Origin: an uncultured Sphingomonas sp.
GTDB taxonomy: Bacteria > Pseudomonadota > Alphaproteobacteria > Sphingomonadales > Sphingomonadaceae
Assembly (NCBI RefSeq): GCF_902806285.1
Contig: NZ_CADCWA010000057.1
Coordinates: 11,079-75,078, forward strand
Reading direction: 5' to 3'
DNA: 64,000 nt
Part shown: in pieces, positions 56,321-64,000 of the stretch
Numbering within the stretch: position 1 is the stretch's first letter
How the letters are laid out: each line of letters opens with the position of its first letter
Made by a program: the position numbers and the translations under genes
Notes under the pieces: generated by a model
What the model was told of the DNA's origin: nothing
Databases searched by the model: none
The model's input: the letters and a program-made list of their open reading frames with translations, nothing else

Positions 56321-56429
56321 TTTTCTTCTCCGCCCCACCTGAGTTGACGCTTCCCCTGCGCCAAGATCGTTACTTAACCTGAAACAAGGTGTGTCGGCAA
56401 TTCGACAATGCAGGTTTTTTCGTGAAATA

Positions 56430-57401
56430 TCAGAAGCGGAGCGCCGCCGCTCCCCATGTGAAGCCACCACCCATCGCTTCCAGCACGACCAGATCGCCCT
56501 GTTTGATCCGTCCATCCTGGACGGCCACGTCGAGCGCGAGCGGCACGGACGCCGCCGAAGTGTTGGCATGCCGATCGACGGTCAGCACCACCCGCTCAGG
56601 CGACAGGCCGAGCTTGCGCGCGGTCGCGTCGATGATCCGGGCGTTGGCCTGATGCGGCACGACCCAGTCGACCTCTTCGGCGCTCAAGCCTGCGGCGCCC
56701 AGCACTTCGGTGAGCACATCCGCCAGGTTCACCACCGCATGGCGGAACACCTCGCGGCCCTTCATGCGGAGCTTGCCCACGGTGCCGGTCGTGGACGGAC
56801 CGCCGTCGACGTACAGCATGTCGTTATGACGGCCGTCGGCGTGGAGGCGGGTGGCAAGGATCCCGCGGGTCCCCTCCTCCGCCTTGAGGACCACGGCGCC
56901 CGCGCCGTCGCCGAACAGGACGCAGGTCGCGCGGTCCTCCCAGTCGAGGATGCGGGAAAAGGTCTCGGCGCCGATCACCAGCGCGGTGTCGGCGTTGCCG
57001 GCGCGCAGCATCGCGTCGGCCACCGACAGGGCGTAGAGGAAGCCGGTGCAGACCGCATGCACGTCGAACGCGATGCAGTCGCCGATGCCCAGCATCGTCT
57101 GCACGCGGGTGGCGGAGGATGGAAAGGTCTGGTCGGGGGTGGCGGTGGCGAGCACGACGAGGCCGATCTCGCCGGCCTCCATGCCCGCCTGTTCGAGCGC
57201 CTTGCGGCACGCCTCGGCCGCCAGAGTCGCGGTGGTCTCCCCTTCGCCGGCGATGTAGCGGGTGCGGATGCCGGTGCGCTCGACGATCCACTCGTCGGTG
57301 GTGTCGACCTGCGCGGCCAATTCGGCGTTGTCGACCCGCCGCTTGGGCAGGGCTGAGCCGACACCTTGGATAACGGCGCGCCGGGCCGCCGCCACCGTCA
57401 T
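56430..57401 (-). CDS. fabH: 3-oxoacyl-ACP synthase III
   Basis: [43 protein letters not shown]. Confidence 0.95.
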   Translation of the reverse strand: MTVAAARRAVIQGVGSALPKRRVDNAELAAQVDTTDEWIVERTGIRTRYIAGEGETTATLAAEACRKALEQAGMEAGEIGLVVLATATPDQTFPSSATRVQTMLGIGDCIAFDVHAVCTGFLYALSVADAMLRAGNADTALVIGAETFSRILDWEDRATCVLFGDGAGAVVLKAEEGTRGILATRLHADGRHNDMLYVDGGPSTTGTVGKLRMKGREVFRHAVVNLADVLTEVLGAAGLSAEEVDWVVPHQANARIIDATARKLGLSPERVVLTVDRHANTSAASVPLALDVAVQDGRIKQGDLVVLEAMGGGFTWGAAALRF

Positions 57402-58474
57402 TGCGCCGCCTCTTCGGCAAAGGCATGGGCGCGGAAGTTGTCGAGGTCCTCGCCGATCCGGCGGGTGATGTCGTTGCGGACCATCCGGGCGGCCACGCCA
57501 ATCGCGTTGCACACGCCCTTAGCGTTGGCGCCGCCGTGGCTCTTCACCACCAACCCGTTGAGCCCGAGGAAAACCGCGCCATTGTGGTTGTTTGGGTCGA
57601 GGTGGACCTTGAGCATGTGCAGCGCCGGGCGGCTGAGCGCGAACCCGGCCTTGGATCGCAAGGAAGAGGTGAAGGCGCGGCGGAGGAGGTCGGTGACGAA
57701 ACGCGCCGTCCCTTCCGCGGTCTTGAGCGCGATGTTGCCGGAAAAGCCGTCGGTGACCACCACGTCCACCTTGCCGCGCGACAGCTGGTCCCCCTCGGTG
57801 AAGCCGTCGAACTGCATGGGGAGATAGCTCGCGTCGCGAAGCAGGGCGGCCGCTTCCTTGAGCTCGTCGGTGCCCTTGAGTTCCTCGGTGCCGATGTTGA
57901 GGAGCTTGACGCGTGGCTTCTTGAGGCCATTCACCGTACGGGCATAGGCCGCGCCCATGACGGCGAACTGAACCAGGTTCTGCACGTCGCACTCGGTATT
58001 GGCGCCGAGGTCGAGCATGATGAGGTCGTGCTCGCCCAACGTCGGCAGCAGCGCGGCCAATGCCGGCCGGTCGATGCCCGGCATGGTCCGGAGTGCCAGC
58101 TTGGCGATGGCCATCATGGCGCCGGTGTTGCCGGCCGACAGCGCCGCGTCGGCCTGACCCTTCTTAACGGCGCGAACGGCCATGCCCATCGAGGTGGTCT
58201 TGGCGCGGCGCAGCGCCTGGCTGGGCTTCTCGGCGCTCTTGATCGCGTCGGGCGCGTGGACCAGTTCCACCGCTCCGGCGGGGAAGCTCAAGCGCTCCAG
58301 CTCAGGGCGGACCTCCGCTTCGTCGCCGATCAGCAGAAAGCGCAGCGACCGATCGGAGCGAAGGGCGCGCGCGACCCCGCCCAACATCGCGGCCGGGCCG
58401 CCGTCGCCGCCCATCGCATCGATCGCAATCCGCGGCCCGCCGAGAGAGCCGGTGCTGTCCGGATTGCGTTTCAC
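57398..58474 (-). CDS. plsX: Phosphate acyltransferase
   Basis: [47 protein letters not shown]. Confidence 0.95.
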   Translation of the reverse strand: MKRNPDSTGSLGGPRIAIDAMGGDGGPAAMLGGVARALRSDRSLRFLLIGDEAEVRPELERLSFPAGAVELVHAPDAIKSAEKPSQALRRAKTTSMGMAVRAVKKGQADAALSAGNTGAMMAIAKLALRTMPGIDRPALAALLPTLGEHDLIMLDLGANTECDVQNLVQFAVMGAAYARTVNGLKKPRVKLLNIGTEELKGTDELKEAAALLRDASYLPMQFDGFTEGDQLSRGKVDVVVTDGFSGNIALKTAEGTARFVTDLLRRAFTSSLRSKAGFALSRPALHMLKVHLDPNNHNGAVFLGLNGLVVKSHGGANAKGVCNAIGVAARMVRNDITRRIGEDLDNFRAHAFAEEAAQ

Positions 58475-58488
58475 CTGGGAGTGGCCGC

Positions 58489-58668
58489 TCAGGCCTCGGT
58501 CGAGACGATCTCGCGGCCGTTATAATGGCCGCAGGCGGTGCACAGATTGTGCGGCTTCTTGAGCTCGCCGCAGTTCGGGCACTCCTGGAAGCTCGCGGGG
58601 GTCAGCGCGTGGTGGCTGCGGCGCATGTTGCGCTTGGACGGCGAGGTTTTTCTCTTGGGGACGGCCAT
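58489..58668 (-). CDS. rpmF: 50S ribosomal protein L32
   Basis: Manual translation [22 protein letters not shown]...[26 protein letters not shown] (59 aa, missing from the ORF track). Confidence 0.96.
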   Translation of the reverse strand: MAVPKRKTSPSKRNMRRSHHALTPASFQECPNCGELKKPHNLCTACGHYNGREIVSTEA

Positions 58669-58798
58669 TGCGGCACCTGTTCTCGTGTTGGCTCAAACAA
58701 AAAACGACGAACCTCGCCTTGCTCGAACGGGTTGCCCCGCGGCGGCGAAGGATCGTCGCGAAGGGGCCGCCTATAGCGGAATGTTACCGCGGTGCAAG

Positions 58799-58896
58799 AG
58801 CTACTCCCCTTTGGGGGGAGAGGCGCGAAGCGCCGGAGGGGTGCTGACGGACCCCTCTGTCAGCTGCGCTGACATCTCCCCAACGGGGGAGCAGCT
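58799..58896. repeat. AGCT-bounded palindromic element (family A, copy 3)
   Basis: AGCTACTCCCCTTTGGGGGGAGAGGCGCGAAGCGCCGGAGGGGTG...GACATCTCCCCAACGGGGGAGCAGCT. Confidence 0.8.
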
Positions 58897-58902
58897 GAAC
58901 AT

Positions 58903-59574
58903 TCAAGCGGCGGCCAGCACGCGGTCGCTCACGAACGCGTTGGAGGCTCGCTCGCGGGTGAAGGTCGAGGCGGGGCCGTGGCCGGGGATGAAGGCGGTCT
59001 CGCCGCCCATCGGCCACAGTTCGCGCACGATGCTGTCGAGCAGCGCCTGATGGTCGCTCAAGGGGAAGTCGGTGCGGCCGATCGAGCCGGCGAACAGCAC
59101 GTCGCCGACGATCGCGAGGCGGGACGGTGAATGGTGGAAGACGATATGGCCGGGCGTGTGGCCGGGGCAATGGTGGACCGCGAAGCTGAGCTCGCCGACG
59201 CTGACCGTGTCCCCTTGGCCGAGCCAGCGGTCGGGCTCGAAGGTCCTGGCGTCGATCCCGTAGGCGCGGCCGTCGTCCTCCAGCCGCGCGATCCAGAAGC
59301 GATCCGCCTCCTGCGGCCCTTCGATCGGCACGCCTAGCTCGTCCGCGAAGATGCCGGCCTGACCGCAATGGTCGATGTGGCCGTGGGTCAGCAGGATCTT
59401 CTCGACGGTGACGCCGGTCTGCGCGATCGCCGCGCGAAGCTTGGGCAGGTCGCCGCCGGGATCGACCAGGGCCGCCTTCATGGTTGCGGTGCACCACAGG
59501 AGGCTGCAGTTCTGCTGCAACGGTGTGACCGGGATCATCGCCGCCTTGAGCGGAGGGATGGGGGGCTCGATCAT
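58903..59574 (-). CDS. MBL-fold metallo-hydrolase (YcbL/GloC-like)
   Basis: THGHIDH, PGHTPGH, GDVLFAGSIGRTD, PGHG. Confidence 0.92.
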   Translation of the reverse strand: MIEPPIPPLKAAMIPVTPLQQNCSLLWCTATMKAALVDPGGDLPKLRAAIAQTGVTVEKILLTHGHIDHCGQAGIFADELGVPIEGPQEADRFWIARLEDDGRAYGIDARTFEPDRWLGQGDTVSVGELSFAVHHCPGHTPGHIVFHHSPSRLAIVGDVLFAGSIGRTDFPLSDHQALLDSIVRELWPMGGETAFIPGHGPASTFTRERASNAFVSDRVLAAA

Positions 59575-59825
59575 CGGACGATAAACATCGGCGCGCTGAT
59601 CTCGACCCGGCGCAGATTGCGGCGGTAGCCCTGCGTGTTCTCCAGGAAGGCGCCGTTCGCGGTGCGGAACTCCATGGAAGGCCGGGGCGTCGTTGCCAGC
59701 TCCGGTGGGATGGCGGGCACGCCGTCGGCGGTGAGCGCGGCGGGCTTGGACGCGGTCTGCGCCGCGAGCGGGGCGGCAAACAAGGCGGCGGTGGCGGTCG
59801 GCGCGAGGCGGCAACGATTGATCAT
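59571..59825 (-). pseudogene. Internally deleted remnant of an S9 (prolyl oligopeptidase-family) peptidase gene
   Basis: N-terminal KPAALTADGVPAIP..L....RP.MEFRTA joined to a FLENTQGYRRNLRRVE segment that resembles the C-terminal domain. Confidence 0.55.
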
Positions 59826-59834
59826 GGGGCGACC

Positions 59835-61094
59835 TTATTGAGCAGGCGCGGGCGGCTCAAGCGTCGCGAGGGAGGGCGGCTCGTCCTTCATCTCCTGAGC
59901 GACGGCCTCGGCCCGGCGCAGCGCCCGCAGGACGTTGCCGCCGGCGAGCTTGGCAAGGTTCGGGTCCGACCAGCCGCGGCGGATCAGCTCGGCGAACAGG
60001 CGCGGGTAGCCGTCCACGCCTCCGAGGCCCTCCGCCGCGTAGGGGATGCCATCCAGGTCGCCGCCGATGCCGACATTGTCGAAGCCGGATTCGCGGACGA
60101 TCTGCTCGATATGGTCGGCGACCGCGGCGACGCCGACCGTGGGTCGCGGGTAAATCCGCTCCCAGTCCGCCAGGCCCTGCGTCACCAGCTGCGGGTCGTA
60201 GGGATAGAGAAATAGGAGCCGGGCTTCCTCGCCCGCGCGCTGGCTGGTCCAGACCCGCACGCGGTCGGACAGGAAGCCGGGATAGAAGTTGACCATCACC
60301 ACGCTTCCGGTCTGGCGCGCGGCGCTCAGCACCTGGAAGTTGACGTTGCGCGGCTGCGGTGCGGCCGACATCGAATTGGAATGTGAGAAGATGGCGGGCG
60401 CACGGCTGACCCGCATGGCATCGAGCGCAGTCTCGGTCGAGACATGGCTGAGGTCGACCAGCATGCCGAGCCGGTTCATCTCACGCACCACCCGCTCGCC
60501 GAACGGGGACAGACCATCATGCTTCGGCACGTCGGTGCCGCTGTCGGCGACCGCGTTGGTCTTGTTGTGCGTCAGCGTCATGTAGCGTACGCCAAGGTCA
60601 TGGAAGCGGCGCAGCGCGGCCATCGAGTCCCCGATCTGGTGCGCGCCCTCCATCCCGAGCAAGGAAGCGACCCGGCCGCGCCGGTGCGCCCGGACGATCT
60701 CGTCGGCGGTGAGCGCCAGCTGAAGGTCGTCGGGGTAGGTGGCGATCAACCGTCGGGCGACGTCGATCTGCTCCAGGGTCATCTGGATCGCGTCGGGCCC
60801 GGTCACATTCGCCGGGATGTAGACCGACCAGAACTGGCCGCCGACCCGGCCCGCGCGGAGTCGGGCCATGTCGGTCATCAGCGGCTGCGGCAGGCGGTCG
60901 GTGCCAGCCGCGAGATTGTCCACCCGGCTGCCGTATTTCTCACGCAGCTCGCCCGGCAGGTCGTTGTGGCCGTCGATCAGGGGCGTGCGCTTCAGGATGC
61001 GGTCGATGCGCTTCTGGGTGGCAGGGTCGATCGGCTGCGCCGCGGCAGGCGCCGCGAGGATGGCGGCGGCAAGGCAAAAGGCAGCAAAGCGCAT
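59835..61094 (-). CDS. Membrane dipeptidase (M19)
   Basis: LIDGHNDLP, GGQFWSVY, MEGAH, YMTLTH, VDLSHVS, FSHS, GGDLDG. Confidence 0.92.
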   Translation of the reverse strand: MRFAAFCLAAAILAAPAAAQPIDPATQKRIDRILKRTPLIDGHNDLPGELREKYGSRVDNLAAGTDRLPQPLMTDMARLRAGRVGGQFWSVYIPANVTGPDAIQMTLEQIDVARRLIATYPDDLQLALTADEIVRAHRRGRVASLLGMEGAHQIGDSMAALRRFHDLGVRYMTLTHNKTNAVADSGTDVPKHDGLSPFGERVVREMNRLGMLVDLSHVSTETALDAMRVSRAPAIFSHSNSMSAAPQPRNVNFQVLSAARQTGSVVMVNFYPGFLSDRVRVWTSQRAGEEARLLFLYPYDPQLVTQGLADWERIYPRPTVGVAAVADHIEQIVRESGFDNVGIGGDLDGIPYAAEGLGGVDGYPRLFAELIRRGWSDPNLAKLAGGNVLRALRRAEAVAQEMKDEPPSLATLEPPAPAQ

Positions 61095-61161
61095 ATAAGG
61101 AACCCCCGACTCAACGAAGCTTGGCTTTACGAAGCAGGCCGCTTCGGGGCAAACGCCGGCG

Positions 61162-62877
61162 GTGAGCGAACCGTTCGTGCTGTTCGACGATGCCCGGCGC
61201 GGCGGACTGGCGCGGCTTTACGCGGCGCCGCAGGGTCAGGTCGTCGCCCGGAGCATGGCCGAGGTGCTGCCCGCACTCGCCCGGCTGCAGGAAGCGGTGC
61301 GCGGGGGCGCCCATGCCGCGGGCTGCCTCGCTTATGAAGCCGGGTATGCGCTCGACCCGGCGCTCGCCGCCCATGCACGGGTAGGCGCGGGGCCGCTGCT
61401 CTGGTTCGGGCTGTTTGGCGGGTACGAGCCGGTCGACGCCTCCACCTGGCTGCCGGCCGCCGGGGGAGCGCGGGCGTCGCCGCCGCTGCCGCGCATGGCT
61501 CAAGGCCGCTACCTTGCCGCCGCCGCGCGAGTTCGCGAGCAGCTGTATGCCGGCGACTTCTACCAGGCGAACCTCACCTTCGGCTGCGACCTGAGGGCCG
61601 TAGGCAATCCGCTGGCGCTCTACGCCCGGCTGCGGGGGCAGTCGGCGGCGGGCTGGGGCGGAGTCTTGCGCCACCCGGAAGGCTGGCTGCTGTCGCTTAG
61701 CCCCGAGCAGTTCTTCACGCTGCGCGACGGGCTGATGGAGGCCAGGCCGATGAAAGGCACCGCGCCGCTCAGCACACCGCCGGAAGCCCTGCGCGACGAT
61801 CCCAAGCAGCGGGCCGAGAACCTGATGATCGTCGACCTCCTCCGCAACGACCTCGCCCGGGTCGCGGAGCCTGGAACGGTGCGGGTTCCCGAGCTGTTCG
61901 CGGTCGAGACCTATCCCACGCTGCGGCAGATGGTGAGCCGGGTCACCGCGCGGCTCCGCTCCGGCTTCGATGCGGTCGACGTGCTCCGCACCATTTTTCC
62001 GTGCGGCTCGGTGACCGGTGCGCCCAAGATCGCGGCGATGCGGGCGCTGCGCCAGCTCGAACCCGAGCCGCGCGGCGCCTACTGCGGGGCGATGGGGTGG
62101 ATCGAGCCCGGCGGCGACGCGGCGTTCAACGTGCTGATCCGAACGCTGGAAATCGCGCTCGATCCAGGCCGGGCGCGGCTGGGGCTCGGATCGGGGCTTG
62201 TGGTGGACAGCGTTGGCGTCGATGAATGGCGCGAGTGTCTGACCAAGGGGGCTTTCGTGACGCGTTCCTGTCCGCCTGTCGACCTGTTCGAAACCATGCG
62301 CTTCGACCCGCGGGAGGGAATCGTCGAGCTTAACCGGCACCTCGACCGGCTGGGCGCGGCCGCGGCGGCGCTGGGCTTCCGCTACGACCGCCATGCCATC
62401 CGCAACGAGCTGCAGGCGGCGACGTTCGGGCGTAGGCAGCCGGGCATGGCGCGGATGATGCTCTCGCCCACGGGAACGGTGGCGGTGGAGCTGAAGGCGA
62501 TCGGCAAGCCCGAACAACTGCCGGTGCCCGTGGCCCTGGCGCAGCTGCCGGTCGAGCGGGACGACTACCGCCTGCGGTACAAGACCACGGACCGGACCTT
62601 CTACGACGAAGCGCGCCGCGCGGGCGGTGCTTACGAGACGCTGTTCGTGGATCCGGACGGACGGCTGACCGAGGGGACCTTCACCTCCCTCTTCGTGGAG
62701 CGGGGGGAGAAGCTGCTGACACCGCCCAGCTCGCGCGGGCTGCTGCCGGGCGTTCTCCGGGCCAAGCTCATCGACGAAGGGCGCGCGGAGGAGGCGGACC
62801 TCACGCCGGCGGACCTGCATGACGGCTTCTACATCGGCAACATCGTGCGCGGCTTGATCCCGGCACGGCTGGCCTAA
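61162..62877 (+). CDS. pabB: Aminodeoxychorismate synthase component I fused to ADC lyase (PabB-PabC)
   Basis: YQANLT, SPEQF, PMKGT, AENLMIVDLLRND, FPCGSVTGAPK; C-terminal LFETM..HLDRL, KTT, EGTFT, LLPGVLR. Confidence 0.92.
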   Translation: MSEPFVLFDDARRGGLARLYAAPQGQVVARSMAEVLPALARLQEAVRGGAHAAGCLAYEAGYALDPALAAHARVGAGPLLWFGLFGGYEPVDASTWLPAAGGARASPPLPRMAQGRYLAAAARVREQLYAGDFYQANLTFGCDLRAVGNPLALYARLRGQSAAGWGGVLRHPEGWLLSLSPEQFFTLRDGLMEARPMKGTAPLSTPPEALRDDPKQRAENLMIVDLLRNDLARVAEPGTVRVPELFAVETYPTLRQMVSRVTARLRSGFDAVDVLRTIFPCGSVTGAPKIAAMRALRQLEPEPRGAYCGAMGWIEPGGDAAFNVLIRTLEIALDPGRARLGLGSGLVVDSVGVDEWRECLTKGAFVTRSCPPVDLFETMRFDPREGIVELNRHLDRLGAAAAALGFRYDRHAIRNELQAATFGRRQPGMARMMLSPTGTVAVELKAIGKPEQLPVPVALAQLPVERDDYRLRYKTTDRTFYDEARRAGGAYETLFVDPDGRLTEGTFTSLFVERGEKLLTPPSSRGLLPGVLRAKLIDEGRAEEADLTPADLHDGFYIGNIVRGLIPARLA

Positions 62878-62896
62878 ACCCCTTGCTTCGGGAAGC

Positions 62897-63559
62897 TCAG
62901 GCGGCGATCGGAAACCGCAACAAGCGGTCTGCAACCGGAACCAGGGCAGCTGCCTCGGTGCCGACCTTGCTGCGGATTTCCGGGTGGTGGGCGTCGAGCC
63001 CGCCGGTGAGCGAGCCGAATGCCGGCAGGATCAGCTTGGCCTCCGACGCCACGTAGCAGCGCCGCGAGACATGCTTGCCGCGCAATTGGAGCCGCAGCTT
63101 GGGATGGTAATGGCCGCTGATCTCGGGCGCGGAATCGCGCGGGTCGGCTTCGTGCCGCAGGGTAAGCCCGCGCACATAGGCTTCCTCGACCAGCCGCCCG
63201 CCGCAATGGTCGGCAAAGCCGGGATCGTGGTTGCCGAGGATCCAGACCCAGTCGAGCCGCGCGGTAAGCGCCAGCAGCAGGGCGCGCGCCGCCTCCGGCA
63301 GGCGGTCGCAGCCGAAGCGATCGTGGAAGCTGTCCCCCAGGCAGTAGAGCCGCTCAGGCGCCGTGCGATCGACCAGCTCGGTCAAGGCGGCGAGCGTCTG
63401 CTGGCTGTCGTAAGGTGGGAGGAACTGGCCGAGCCGGGCGAACCAGCTGGCCTTTTCCAGATGCAGGTCGGCGACCAGCAGCGCCTTTTCCGCCGGCCAG
63501 AACAGGGCGCCCTGCGGATCGGCGAGGAAGTGGTGGCCGGCGAACGAAAGGGGAACCAT
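62897..63559 (-). CDS. pdeM: Ligase-associated DNA damage response endonuclease
   Basis: VADLHLEK, LPPYDS, LGDSFHD, GNHD, SGHYHPK, LPAFG..TGG. Confidence 0.9.
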   Translation of the reverse strand: MVPLSFAGHHFLADPQGALFWPAEKALLVADLHLEKASWFARLGQFLPPYDSQQTLAALTELVDRTAPERLYCLGDSFHDRFGCDRLPEAARALLLALTARLDWVWILGNHDPGFADHCGGRLVEEAYVRGLTLRHEADPRDSAPEISGHYHPKLRLQLRGKHVSRRCYVASEAKLILPAFGSLTGGLDAHHPEIRSKVGTEAAALVPVADRLLRFPIAA

Positions 63560-63586
63560 TGATCGTCTCTTGGCGCAGATCGGCCG

Positions 63587-64000
63587 CTATTCCAAGTGGC
63601 TTAGAACATGGTCGCGCAATGACCGGGCATCGTGCAGCGCATTGTGGGGAACGGCGCTGTTGGCAGCGGTGGAAAAGCCGGGCAGACGCATCAGCGTGAA
63701 GCTGAGCCGCGGCATCGGCGCGATCCGGCCGGGGCCGATCGTGATGAGCCGGCAGAACAGGGCGATGTCCTCGGGCCAGTCGGCGACGATCTCTACGTCG
63801 GGGAAGCCGGTCAGCCAGGCGGCGAGCAGGATCGCGGCCTGCTCCCGCTCGAGCGGCGGACCTTTGTGGCCTTCGGGTACATGATCCAGGTAAGGCACAA
63901 CGTTGCGCTGCACCCAGTCGTTGAGCGGTGTCGTGACGGCGAGGACCACGTAGAACTCCTCCCCGCCGCGCTCTTCGGGCACCAGGCCGAGGCTCAGGAG
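63587..64000 (-). CDS. 3'-5' exonuclease-like hypothetical protein (5' end beyond the window)
   Basis: LSLGLVPE...FY, WVQRNVVP.L, ADWPED, HNALHDAR (DEDDh exo-III-like motif). Confidence 0.65.
   Translation of the reverse strand, partial: LLSLGLVPEERGGEEFYVVLAVTTPLNDWVQRNVVPYLDHVPEGHKGPPLEREQAAILLAAWLTGFPDVEIVADWPEDIALFCRLITIGPGRIAPMPRLSFTLMRLPGFSTAANSAVPHNALHDARSLRDHVLSHLE

Noticed and set aside
1-64000. CRISPR array
   Set aside because: No regularly spaced identical repeats with unique spacers and no cas genes were seen

Overview
GC-rich alphaproteobacterial chromosome segment. Gene content, the two-piece tmRNA and the repeat families point to Sphingomonas or a close relative. It is mostly housekeeping and envelope genes: pgsA, rsmD, rluB, ampG, folC-accD, pyrF, uvrD, a Mur ligase/LD-carboxypeptidase pair, tmRNA, a lemA-TPM operon, an M3 peptidase, nadC, class I lysS, a DinG-family helicase, rpmF-plsX-fabH-ihfA-merR, a pabB/C fusion and pdeM. 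No CRISPR array, transposase, rRNA or tRNA was seen. Main points of interest: (1) a ~635-nt intergenic, highly base-paired, tetraloop-rich region (17271-17908), divergent from uvrD, with its own promoter-like sequence and terminator, that looks like a large structured ncRNA I cannot assign to a known class; (2) uvrD appears hit twice by palindromic repeats, once in frame (51 codons, AGCT-bounded) and once splitting off the C-terminal Tudor-like domain; (3) a PKS/NRPS-free accessory cluster of FkbH, ACP, SxxK hydrolase and a GT-C-like membrane protein next to a modular RTX protein; (4) a LytS/LytTR system facing a 35-aa peptide gene with three evenly spaced AlgR-like boxes; (5) several EcfG-type stress promoters, a DUF2283 TA-like pair and an internally deleted S9 peptidase remnant. 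All family assignments come from motif recognition by eye; no searches or folding programs were run.
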